A stretch of 64,000 bases of DNA, taken from positions 8,958-72,957 of IMG/VR virus record IMGVR_UViG_3300000271_000010. One strand, given 5' to 3'. Source of the stretch: a virus. The notes under the pieces were generated by a model. That model did no database searches. It saw nothing but the letters and a program-made list of their open reading frames with translations, and was not told the DNA's origin. Made by a program: the position numbers and the translations under genes. The first letter of the stretch is position 1, and each line of letters begins with the position of its first letter. Below, in pieces: positions 1 through 7,203 of the stretch.

Positions 1-2
1 AC

Positions 3-398
3 AAATGGAAAGTCGGGCTGGGTGTTGCGGCCCTGCTCATCGGTGTCCCGGTCGCCATCTCGGCGATCGGCACCGTCAACAGCGTCGCCACGGCCCCCGG
101 CCGGGTCGTCCAAAAGACGATGGAGACCAACAACATCATCGATACCTACGAAGGCTTCTTCGTTCGTAAGGGCCAGTATGATTCCCGGCTCAAGCAGATC
201 ACCGAACACAAGACCATCGTCTCTGAGAACACCGATCCGGCCGAAGCAGCCCGCCTCCGGATCGAACTGGCTGCGATGCGGCAGTCGTGCCGTGATCTGG
301 CTGTGATCTACAACGCGAATGCGTCGATGGCGAACAAGGAACTCTTCCGTTCCGACGAACTGCCGGCGGCTCTTTCAGAGGCTGATTGTGATGCGTAA
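3..398 (+). CDS. Membrane-anchored protein, 5' end outside window (partner of downstream lipoprotein)
   Basis: Frame 3 is open from the window edge: KWKVGLGVAALLIGVPVAISAIGTVNSVATAPGRVVQKTMETNN...; hydrophobic segment then predicted helical region; overlaps next gene. Confidence 0.75.
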   Translation, partial: KWKVGLGVAALLIGVPVAISAIGTVNSVATAPGRVVQKTMETNNIIDTYEGFFVRKGQYDSRLKQITEHKTIVSENTDPAEAARLRIELAAMRQSCRDLAVIYNANASMANKELFRSDELPAALSEADCDA

Positions 399-894
399 GT
401 TCGCATTCGCGGCGTTGATCGCCCTCGCTCCTATCGCCCTTGTTGGTTGTGGTGAGGATCAACCTGAAACCCCCAAGAAGGCTCAGGCTCAAAAAGCCGA
501 AGCGGCTGCGGCTTCTCTCCAGTTCACCGAGAACGCCGAGATCGACAACATCAAGCGTCGGCTCGAACTCACCAGCAAGCCGGGAGCGATCGGTTACATC
601 GTTCTCCTGAACGAAGCTGGTCAGCCGATTCTCTACACCGGTGTGAAGGGTAAGGTCACGTCTTCGGGCAAGCGCCTCACCAGTCCCCAGCAAGGTGTCA
701 GCATTCGGTGTGGTGACTTCTGCTCGGAAGCTCTGGGCGATGGTCCCTCGGATGAAGGCACCTACGGATCGTCCGATCCCTACGTCTTCTTCTGGGACAC
801 CAATGGCGTCTACCATCAGTGGTCGGGGCGTTATCTCTACAGCGACAAGCCCATCCGCCTGCGGGTCGAGCCGCTGGTCGTGAGCGCTCAGTAA
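391..894 (+). CDS. Predicted lipoprotein
   Basis: MRKFAFAALIALAPIALVGC: basic N-terminus, hydrophobic core, lipobox LVGC; C-terminal DEGTYGSS...YVFFW...YLYSDKP block. Confidence 0.8.
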   Translation: MRKFAFAALIALAPIALVGCGEDQPETPKKAQAQKAEAAAASLQFTENAEIDNIKRRLELTSKPGAIGYIVLLNEAGQPILYTGVKGKVTSSGKRLTSPQQGVSIRCGDFCSEALGDGPSDEGTYGSSDPYVFFWDTNGVYHQWSGRYLYSDKPIRLRVEPLVVSAQ

Positions 895-1094
895 TGGGTG
901 TCCCCAACGAACAAGCTACGCCGGAACTCCGTTTCCTGCGTTACTTCTTCTCAGCATCCGGCGCTGCTTTCGGGCCGGGTGACTCCGAGATTTACCGCAC
1001 GATTATCGAAGACTTCGAAGATCGCACCGGTGTCCGTGTCCCTGAGAGTTACCGCGAAGGCTTCTTTCCCGAGGAGAATAACACCAATGACTGA
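894..1094 (+). CDS. Hypothetical protein (66 aa)
   Basis: TAATG overlap with upstream stop; overlaps next start. Confidence 0.6.
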   Translation: MGVPNEQATPELRFLRYFFSASGAAFGPGDSEIYRTIIEDFEDRTGVRVPESYREGFFPEENNTND

Positions 1095-1335
1095 TGCATC
1101 TGAGCCCGCTGTTGACGACCGCCTGCGTCTCTTCTTCGAGCGTATCGAACGTCTCGAAGAAGAGAAGAAGGGCACTGCTGACGACATCAAGGATGTCTAC
1201 GCCGAAGCCAAGGCCGTCGGTTTCGATCCCAAGATCATGCGTATGATCGTGCGTCTCCGGAAGATGAAGCCGGACGACCGGAGCGAGCAGGACATGATCC
1301 TCGAAACCTACAAGAACGCGCTCGGTATGGCCTGA
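1087..1335 (+). CDS. gapR: GapR/DUF2312-family nucleoid-associated protein
   Basis: [51 protein letters not shown]...[10 protein letters not shown] matches the family signature; ATG at 1087 after GAGGAG. Confidence 0.92.
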   Translation: MTDASEPAVDDRLRLFFERIERLEEEKKGTADDIKDVYAEAKAVGFDPKIMRMIVRLRKMKPDDRSEQDMILETYKNALGMA

Positions 1336-1808
1336 TGAGTCAGGTCGTCCTTTACAGCGGCTGGTATAGCCCGGCACTCTGCCGTGCTTGCCCGGACTTG
1401 CTGTTTGTGTTCGGCGATAATATGCTTGGGTTCGGAAAGGGTGGTCAAGCGATCATCCGGTCCGAACCCAATGCATTTGGTGTCCCGACCAAGCGAAAGC
1501 CCGCTATGTCCCCCAGTTCGTTCTTCTCCGAGAAGAGCGATACCGATCTGGACCATGTTCTCGATCGCATCTCAGATATGTGGGATGACCTAGAGCGCGG
1601 GTGTGTTTTTGTTATTCCAGTAAACGAAGATGGGGATGTTAGCCTTGGCCTTGAACGCGCGAAGCTCCGGGAAAAAGCCCCAAACATCTACGCCGCGATC
1701 CAAACCCACGTCAAAGAAATGTGCAACTCCTACGGATCGTGCGAGATCGAATCCGAAGAAGCGCTCATTGCGGCCGCAAATGGTGGTGTCCTCAGACCCG
1801 CAAGTTAA
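1335..1808 (+). CDS. Conserved phage protein of FVFG(D/S)N type, possibly macro-like
   Basis: Motif LFVFGDNMLGFGKGGQAIIRSEPNAFGVPTK; TGATG overlap; fold assignment is unverified recollection. Confidence 0.55.
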   Translation: MSQVVLYSGWYSPALCRACPDLLFVFGDNMLGFGKGGQAIIRSEPNAFGVPTKRKPAMSPSSFFSEKSDTDLDHVLDRISDMWDDLERGCVFVIPVNEDGDVSLGLERAKLREKAPNIYAAIQTHVKEMCNSYGSCEIESEEALIAAANGGVLRPAS

Positions 1809-2124
1809 CAATCTACAGGCTATGCTTCGAGCCTGTTTGTATTGCGAATCCAAGGGACTTGAATGGCAACAGCTATCGATCTTACTTGGCGTCCAGCAAT
1901 TCATAAAGCTCTCTGAGGGACGCTCCTACCCGACTACCAACCAGATCGGCGCACTGATTGGAAGGTCGCCAGAGGATTTGAAGAAGGAGTTGGCCTGTCT
2001 TGTGGAGCTTAGATATCTCCACGAGATGCACCCAACCTATGGTAACTTGATCTACACATACAAGCTGGGATCGATGGGTGGAACATTATTCCGTCAGGTC
2101 TTCCCAACTGAGAAGATTAAGTAA
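1780..2124 (+). CDS. Putative winged-helix DNA-binding protein (start uncertain, 1780 or 1822)
   Basis: YPTTNQIGALIGRSPEDLKKELACLVELRYL helix-turn-helix pattern followed by YTYKL wing-like strand. Confidence 0.55.
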   Translation: MVVSSDPQVNNLQAMLRACLYCESKGLEWQQLSILLGVQQFIKLSEGRSYPTTNQIGALIGRSPEDLKKELACLVELRYLHEMHPTYGNLIYTYKLGSMGGTLFRQVFPTEKIK

Positions 2125-2163
2125 CTAAACCAGAAGCATTTAACATTTGATAATACAATCACC

Positions 2164-2199
2164 TGTCGGTGGAAGCTAGTTTGCTTCCGCCGACATTTT
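2164..2199 (+). terminator. Intrinsic terminator
   Basis: TGTCGGTGGAAGC-tagttt-GCTTCCGCCGACA stem followed by TTTT. Confidence 0.7.
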
Positions 2200-2202
2200 C
2201 GC

Positions 2203-2231
2203 TTGCCAATGGCGTGCTTTCCTGTTATCAT
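2203..2231 (+). promoter_or_regulatory. Sigma70-like promoter
   Basis: TTGCCA-17 nt-TATCAT upstream of 2286. Confidence 0.55.
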
Positions 2232-2285
2232 AAGTGCTTCATTCTAGGTGCGCAGGCACCGATCCCCACAGCAGGAAGCATCGTT

Positions 2286-2651
2286 ATGTTCCTCGTCTAT
2301 CTGGCGGTGGTATGCAGCGCTTTGTCGTTCCTCACCGGTATCATCGCAGTCGGCTCCGGTAAGGAGTTCCAATATCAACCCAAACACCTGTTACAGGGCC
2401 GCCGCGACGCGCTGCTCTATGTATGGGTGATCTTCTCATCGATCTTCGGATTGGCTCATTTTTCCTCTCTGGTGAATTATGGGATCGATGAAAATTGGCA
2501 GTATCGTTTCGTCGACACCGGCATGTGGATGGCAATCCATTCAGGTGTCGGTATGCTTTTAACCGCAGCACATCTTTTCATTCGCCACGATCTTTCGGGT
2601 GGGGCTTCTTCACATATATTCCTCTGGGGTTCGCGTCGTCATGCCGTCTAG
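2286..2651 (+). CDS. Membrane protein (about 3 TM)
   Basis: Three hydrophobic segments; overlaps next gene. Confidence 0.7.
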   Translation: MFLVYLAVVCSALSFLTGIIAVGSGKEFQYQPKHLLQGRRDALLYVWVIFSSIFGLAHFSSLVNYGIDENWQYRFVDTGMWMAIHSGVGMLLTAAHLFIRHDLSGGASSHIFLWGSRRHAV

Positions 2652-3087
2652 TTTTGCCATTTTCGCAGCAGACACCGAACTCCAGCATAGCATCTGGGTT
2701 GCGACTGGTGGTGCCATGCTTGTTCTCCTTCAATCAATCCTTTCCGGCGAGCGCCGTGTGTGGTGGAAGCTCCTAGCTTCCTGCATCATCGGTGGTAGCG
2801 CAGCGGCTCTTGTAGGGCACGCTTTCGAAGGCTCTTCGTGGGTCTATATCTATTGCGGTATCTCGGCGATCGTTGCCGAGAATATCATCTTCGGGCTCGT
2901 CAAGGCTTCTGAGCAATTCAAGCATAGCCCGATCACCGTGTTCGCCCAGTTGTGGCGCGTTGTGATGCCGAGCTTTGGTAAGGTGACCGATAAGCCGGCC
3001 GAAGCTCTGGATGTTAATCCAGACACCGGAGAAGCGGCTCCCAGAAACGACCATCATGGTCATGGCGGCGGCCCTGCCGTCGGTTAA
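2641..3087 (+). CDS. Holin-like membrane protein (about 3 TM, polar C-tail)
   Basis: IWVATGGAMLVLLQSIL / LLASCIIGGSAAALVG / VYIYCGISAIVAENIIFGL then hydrophilic tail; holin role is inference. Confidence 0.55.
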   Translation: MPSSFAIFAADTELQHSIWVATGGAMLVLLQSILSGERRVWWKLLASCIIGGSAAALVGHAFEGSSWVYIYCGISAIVAENIIFGLVKASEQFKHSPITVFAQLWRVVMPSFGKVTDKPAEALDVNPDTGEAAPRNDHHGHGGGPAVG

Positions 3088-3108
3088 ATAGACTCCACAC
3101 CCCAGCGT

Positions 3109-3142
3109 AAACGCCCTCGGAAGTGATTCCGGGGGCGTTTTT
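3109..3142 (+). terminator. Intrinsic terminator
   Basis: AAACGCCCTCGGAA-gtga-TTCCGGGGGCGTTT followed by TT. Confidence 0.85.
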
Positions 3143-3144
3143 CG

Positions 3145-3172
3145 TTGACAAATCTTCCGGTTCGCTTATTGG
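3145..3172 (+). promoter_or_regulatory. Promoter containing the repeated box in inverted orientation
   Basis: TTGACAAATCTTCCGGTTCGCTTATTGG; GACAAATCTTCCGGTTCG is identical to the copy at 30296-30313 but here transcription must run on +; SD AGGAGA before 3200. Confidence 0.65.
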
Positions 3173-3199
3173 AAAGAGGAACACCAACTAGGAGAACCC

Positions 3200-3634
3200 A
3201 TGATTCTTTCGAACCAAGTGCGTTGCCATAAGTGCGGCGACACTCCATTCAGCGCTCATCGACACGACTTTCGGTCGTGCAAATGCGGTGCGATCGCAGT
3301 GGACGGTGGCACCAGCTATCTCCGTCGGGTGGGTGATATCCACGCCTACGATGATATGAGCATCGAAATCCCTGACAACGTAGGTCAGGATGCTCTCTTC
3401 GCGATCGCCACATGCCGAGATACTAACCAGTTGGAAATGTCTCGTGAGAGCGTTACGCGCGTCCTCCAGCGCGCCGGGATCGTCCTTGAAGTATCACTCG
3501 AAGCTAAGAGAGAAGCGATGCTTCTCATCAGTTGGTGTAAGGATACTGACCGAAATGATTTCGGAGTTCTGTGTGCCATTGCTCGCGCTTATCGCGACAA
3601 CGGCGTCGAGTTCAAGCAGGTGGTAAATGGCTGA
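3200..3634 (+). CDS. Zn-binding phage protein (CxxC...H...CxC)
   Basis: VRCHKCGD...SAHRHDFRSCKCGAIAVDGG motif; SD AGGAGA. Confidence 0.75.
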   Translation: MILSNQVRCHKCGDTPFSAHRHDFRSCKCGAIAVDGGTSYLRRVGDIHAYDDMSIEIPDNVGQDALFAIATCRDTNQLEMSRESVTRVLQRAGIVLEVSLEAKREAMLLISWCKDTDRNDFGVLCAIARAYRDNGVEFKQVVNG

Positions 3635-4253
3635 GCGTTTCTCATGTGCTGACCTACACTTCGGCCACAAGGGCATGGTCATGTTCACCAGCGGCGGTAA
3701 ACCGATCCGGCCGTGGGGGACCCCTGTAGGGAAGGTGAAGTTCGACGATCTTGATCCCGAGACGCAGGCTGACATCATGCGCCGGGTCGAAGAGATGGAC
3801 GAGGCCATGGTCGAGAACTGGAACCGTGTTGTCGGTCCCAAGGACAAGGTGGAAGTGCTGGGTGATGCCGTAATCGGCCGTCAGCAGATTCATACCTTCG
3901 GCCGACTGAACGGACGCAAGCGTCTGCGGATGGGAAATCACGATGTGTTCGTGAAGAACAACAACCGTGACTACGCCCAGTATTTCGAGGAGATCACTGC
4001 CTACAAGGTCTTCGACGATCTCATCATGTCGCACATCCCGCTTCACCCGGAGTCCGTCAAGGAGCGCTGGAAGGCGAATGTGCATGGGCATCTTCACACC
4101 AAGCGCGTGATGATGACCAAGCAGACATGGTGGGGCGGAGTTCAAGAAGTGATCGATCCGCGCTACCTCTGTGTCAGTATGGAGCATATTGACTACACCC
4201 CCCTTCCTATGGATGAAGTCTATCGCCGTATCGAGGAACAACAGAATGGCTAA
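3627..4253 (+). CDS. Calcineurin-like metallophosphoesterase
   Basis: DLHFGH, LGD, GNHD, SHIP, HGHLH motifs in order. Confidence 0.92.
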   Translation: MAERFSCADLHFGHKGMVMFTSGGKPIRPWGTPVGKVKFDDLDPETQADIMRRVEEMDEAMVENWNRVVGPKDKVEVLGDAVIGRQQIHTFGRLNGRKRLRMGNHDVFVKNNNRDYAQYFEEITAYKVFDDLIMSHIPLHPESVKERWKANVHGHLHTKRVMMTKQTWWGGVQEVIDPRYLCVSMEHIDYTPLPMDEVYRRIEEQQNG

Positions 4254-4479
4254 TCCCAAGACGCCCGCAGCGGCTGTGACGGATTTTCTGCAACGTCACA
4301 GCCTCACTCAGAAGGAAGTCGATCGCTTGTTCGGCTTCTCGTCCGACGGCCGGGCTTGCCGGCGCTGGGAAGCCGAAGGGGCTCCCTACTACGTCACGAT
4401 CCTGATGGCTTACGTAGACACCTACGGGATTGCCAAGATGGAAGAATTGGCTGCGAACAATGCGCTTGCCGAGACTTGA
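4246..4479 (+). CDS. XRE-like helix-turn-helix protein (77 aa)
   Basis: FLQRHSLTQKEVDRLFGFSSDGRACRRWE pattern. Confidence 0.7.
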   Translation: MANPKTPAAAVTDFLQRHSLTQKEVDRLFGFSSDGRACRRWEAEGAPYYVTILMAYVDTYGIAKMEELAANNALAET

Positions 4480-4504
4480 CCGCGATCGCTGTTTCGCCTA
4501 CCTT
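4476..4504 (+). promoter_or_regulatory. Candidate promoter with no downstream ORF
   Basis: TTGACC-16 nt-CTACCTT, same geometry as the other promoters. Confidence 0.4.
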
Positions 4505-4507
4505 TAA

Positions 4508-4570
4508 CTCGGAGCAAGGGACCCTTGTTTCGGTGGCCCGCCCGCCCAGCGAAAGCTAGGCGGGCGGTGT
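4508..4570 (+). ncRNA. Candidate structured small RNA / convergent-gene double hairpin
   Basis: CGGAGCAAGG-gac-CCTTGTTTCG (4510-4532) and CCGCCCGCCCAGC-gaaa-GCTAGGCGGGCGG (4538-4567); second hairpin may simply be the convergent terminator. Confidence 0.3.
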
Positions 4571-4574
4571 CGTA

Positions 4575-4904
4575 TCAGGCTTCGCTATCCCCACGGACCC
4601 ACATCGAGACCGGAGGCAGGCTGTTTCCGGAAATAAGCAACCGGATGGGCTCACCCTTGTTCAGCAGATGAAGTTCTTCGGCCGTGGGCCGCCACTCAGA
4701 CATGAAAGCCGGATAGACCGCTTCCCCACTGGGTAGCTCACTGCGGACGACACGCACCGCCGGTTCGAACAAGATGTCACCGGTCGCACCGACGCGGCGG
4801 ACTGCGAGCGTCCCACAGTCAGCGTCGTCCCAGTCGGCCGGTTTGCCCATCTTGATGTAGTGATCTGGGGCGTCAGGATGTGGTCCGATGTCGGTTGCGA
4901 TCAT
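4575..4904 (-). CDS. Hypothetical phage protein (109 aa)
   Basis: ATG after AAGGAGAA; SEWRPTAEEL...LLISGNSLPPV block. Confidence 0.75.
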   Translation of the reverse strand: MIATDIGPHPDAPDHYIKMGKPADWDDADCGTLAVRRVGATGDILFEPAVRVVRSELPSGEAVYPAFMSEWRPTAEELHLLNKGEPIRLLISGNSLPPVSMWVRGDSEA

Positions 4905-4905
4905 G

Positions 4906-5586
4906 TCAGTTGTTCTCCTTGTCTTCGTCGATCGGAATTTGACCTTCGAACGGTCCAAACGATCCTTCATACTGATTACGGAACTCATTGCGGTCCATGT
5001 CTCGGAGCGAGTCGATGTATTCCTGAGGCCAGATGGACTTTGGCTTAGTGACATGATCGAAGGCTTCACGGTAGCTCTCCGGGAGGACTGCTACTGGTTT
5101 CTCGCTGACATCGTTGCAGGTGACTGTGAAGCCAGCCTTGATCAGCGCTTCGACTACCTTGACGTTGGTGTCGAAGGTCTCTCTGTGTAGGGTCTCAAGG
5201 ATTCTCTGATAGTCTTCCCAGCGGAAGGTTCGGTTGTAGGCGGGTTCGGTCGTGGTGGTCGCGCCGAGGATCGCCCGATTCTGTTCCTCGGCCATGTCGG
5301 CTGCGAGCTTCATAGCCCGCAACTCAAGGGCTATGTAGTCGCCCGCTTTGAGTTCATCGTCGCTGAGACCATCTAGCAGGCCCTTGTCGAAGCGGAAGGT
5401 GGGATAAACGCGATGGACCACCGAGTAGTCTCCACCGGGAGAGGCTTTGTCCAGTCCAAAAAACTGGTAGCTCCCTTTGTGTGGTTGTATTGCAAAGTCT
5501 GCACCGGGCGGTAGCCAGTCAACGGACTTGATCTCCATCCCATGGAAGAAGAATGAAGCGTCGGTCTTGGAATCAGGTGTGGTCAT
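4906..5586 (-). CDS. Hypothetical protein (226 aa)
   Basis: Long ORF tiling the operon; no motif recognised. Confidence 0.7.
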   Translation of the reverse strand: MTTPDSKTDASFFFHGMEIKSVDWLPPGADFAIQPHKGSYQFFGLDKASPGGDYSVVHRVYPTFRFDKGLLDGLSDDELKAGDYIALELRAMKLAADMAEEQNRAILGATTTTEPAYNRTFRWEDYQRILETLHRETFDTNVKVVEALIKAGFTVTCNDVSEKPVAVLPESYREAFDHVTKPKSIWPQEYIDSLRDMDRNEFRNQYEGSFGPFEGQIPIDEDKENN

Positions 5587-5633
5587 CCCAGTCCCTTACC
5601 AGAATGACCACCATAGTCAAGTCAGAATTGCGG

Positions 5634-6020
5634 TCACAGCAGGATGAGGCGGGCTGCCTCCCCTACTCTGATCTCACCAGCCTCGTATCCTTCCATGATC
5701 TCCCGATTGCGAAAGAATTTCTGATCGTCGAGGCCCTGATAGGCGAGCGATCCATAAGCCGGATCGATCTCATACCAGTAAGCGCCCCAGTCAGGTCCCG
5801 TGCCTGCCTTGTAGGCACGCTCGATCTGGTCGAGAAGCTTGTTCGCTCGCTCCTCACCACGCTTGTAGACACCTTCGTCGGAGAAGGTGTAGCCATGGGC
5901 GAGACGCCGGCCGTTTTCGGACTCTGCGACCACGTAGTAGATCAGCCCCTCGATCGGGTATCCGGTCTCATCCCGGCCGGTGTGAACGACATCGCTTCGA
6001 ACGAAAAACTGCATTTCCAT
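5634..6020 (-). CDS. Hypothetical protein (128 aa)
   Basis: SD AAGGAGA; first gene after palindromic promoter. Confidence 0.75.
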   Translation of the reverse strand: MEMQFFVRSDVVHTGRDETGYPIEGLIYYVVAESENGRRLAHGYTFSDEGVYKRGEERANKLLDQIERAYKAGTGPDWGAYWYEIDPAYGSLAYQGLDDQKFFRNREIMEGYEAGEIRVGEAARLILL

Positions 6021-6034
6021 TGTCTGTCTCCTTG

Positions 6035-6074
6035 TTGACGAATCAGTGGTAGATTAACTCCACCGGTTCGTCAA
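6035..6074 (-). promoter_or_regulatory. Promoter embedded in 40-bp imperfect palindrome
   Basis: TTGACGAA at 6035 on + and TTGACGAA at 6074 on -, with inner CAGTGG/CCACCG arms. Confidence 0.65.
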
Positions 6075-6086
6075 CAAGTTTTTCCA

Positions 6087-6851
6087 CTAAAGAGAAAGCC
6101 ACCCACTGTCATCCAGCACCGTCGGGTCTTCCAGTGCCATCTCCACCCGGCTCAAGGTCTCCGCCCAGTCGTGGTGCATGGTGCCGAAGCCAAGTGGGAA
6201 GGTCTCGCACTTCGGGACGACGTAATCGATCCAGTCCCGATCGCGTTCGACTTTCCCCTTGAAGCCGTGCTGCTTCTCCAGCATCTTGAGGTCCCGGCGA
6301 TAGGGGCAGACGGCCGCAGACGCCTTGGGCTTGCGCGCGTTGTTGGGGATCGTGATACGCCCGCTCGTAGTCAGTTCGAAGACATTCTCGACACGCGCCC
6401 GGCGATTTGCCCGCTTGTCTGTGATGGAGATGATCTCCTTGACGATTCCGCAACAGAAGCGTCGCCCTGTGATGATTTGCCAGTGATGGCCGGCCGACAC
6501 CAGAAACACCCGGCCGGTGGTCCGGATGCTCTGCGAGTCCTTGAGCCACTGTGTGAGGGTCGGTCGGGTCTCGGTGTATGTTCCGATCACGCGTCCGTCG
6601 AAGGGGTCGCGCTTGGTCCGGACCTTAGCCTCGGCAGGCTTGATCCAGACCGTCTTCATGGTGACTCCGCAGGATTTGAATGCCCGCGCCATCTGCCCGC
6701 TGCTGGTTCCCTTGATGGATGCCTTGCCGCTTTGGGCCCGGAGGAGGCGGGCAGCCTCCCCCGTTGTCATTCCCGTGACGATCGAGAGAGCAGCCGGACC
6801 GCAATAGCGGTTGCTATCTCCCTTGACGTTCTTAACCGGATGAATTTTCAC
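6087..6851 (-). CDS. Papain/C39-like cysteine peptidase-fold protein
   Basis: YCGPAAL (Cys) and VSAGHHWQII (His) motifs; GTG start after AGGAGA. Confidence 0.55.
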   Translation of the reverse strand: MKIHPVKNVKGDSNRYCGPAALSIVTGMTTGEAARLLRAQSGKASIKGTSSGQMARAFKSCGVTMKTVWIKPAEAKVRTKRDPFDGRVIGTYTETRPTLTQWLKDSQSIRTTGRVFLVSAGHHWQIITGRRFCCGIVKEIISITDKRANRRARVENVFELTTSGRITIPNNARKPKASAAVCPYRRDLKMLEKQHGFKGKVERDRDWIDYVVPKCETFPLGFGTMHHDWAETLSRVEMALEDPTVLDDSGWLSL

Positions 6852-6888
6852 AGACTTGTCTCCTGATTCGCTGTTGTTTACGAATCAG

Positions 6889-6917
6889 CTTATAGGACAA
6901 ATCTTCCGGTTTGTCAA
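6889..6917 (-). promoter_or_regulatory. Repeated boxed promoter cassette
   Basis: TTGACA-AACC-GGAAGATTTGTCC-TATAAG; leader hairpin CTGATTCG/CGAATCAG. Confidence 0.85.
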
Positions 6918-6924
6918 ATTGTCG

Positions 6925-7188
6925 TCAGTCGGGCTTCCGATCCCGGAACTGATAACGACCCTTCGTGCTGCGCTGTTCGGCGTCCCGGATGATCCGTGCA
7001 GCCTCGCGCTCGCGCCGGACCGACCGGTTCGAATAAGGGGTGTCACGCGTCCGATCGCGATCGGCCTTGTCGGCGCGCTCAGAGCGCTCAGAGCGACGAT
7101 CCGGGTCGTGAGCGATCGCCGGGGCCGCATAGGCGCTCAACACAACGCAGAGCATCGCAGCGGCCATCAGGGGGTGTTTCATGTTCAT
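6925..7188 (-). CDS. Small secreted protein, Arg/Asp-rich
   Basis: Signal peptide LMAAAMLCVVLSAYAAPAIA; SD GAGGAG. Confidence 0.6.
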   Translation of the reverse strand: MNMKHPLMAAAMLCVVLSAYAAPAIAHDPDRRSERSERADKADRDRTRDTPYSNRSVRREREAARIIRDAEQRSTKGRYQFRDRKPD

Positions 7189-7203
7189 GTCGTTCTCCTC
7201 TTG

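Noticed and set aside
4906-5030. C-terminus (YIDSL...EFRNQYEGSF) reminiscent of terminase large-subunit text
   Set aside because: Short motif only; no Walker motifs or nuclease residues in the 226-aa protein.
5590-5620. TTGACT-16 nt-TAAGGG upstream of 5586 as a leaderless promoter
   Set aside because: Lacks CTA and the box; too weak to call without TSS data.
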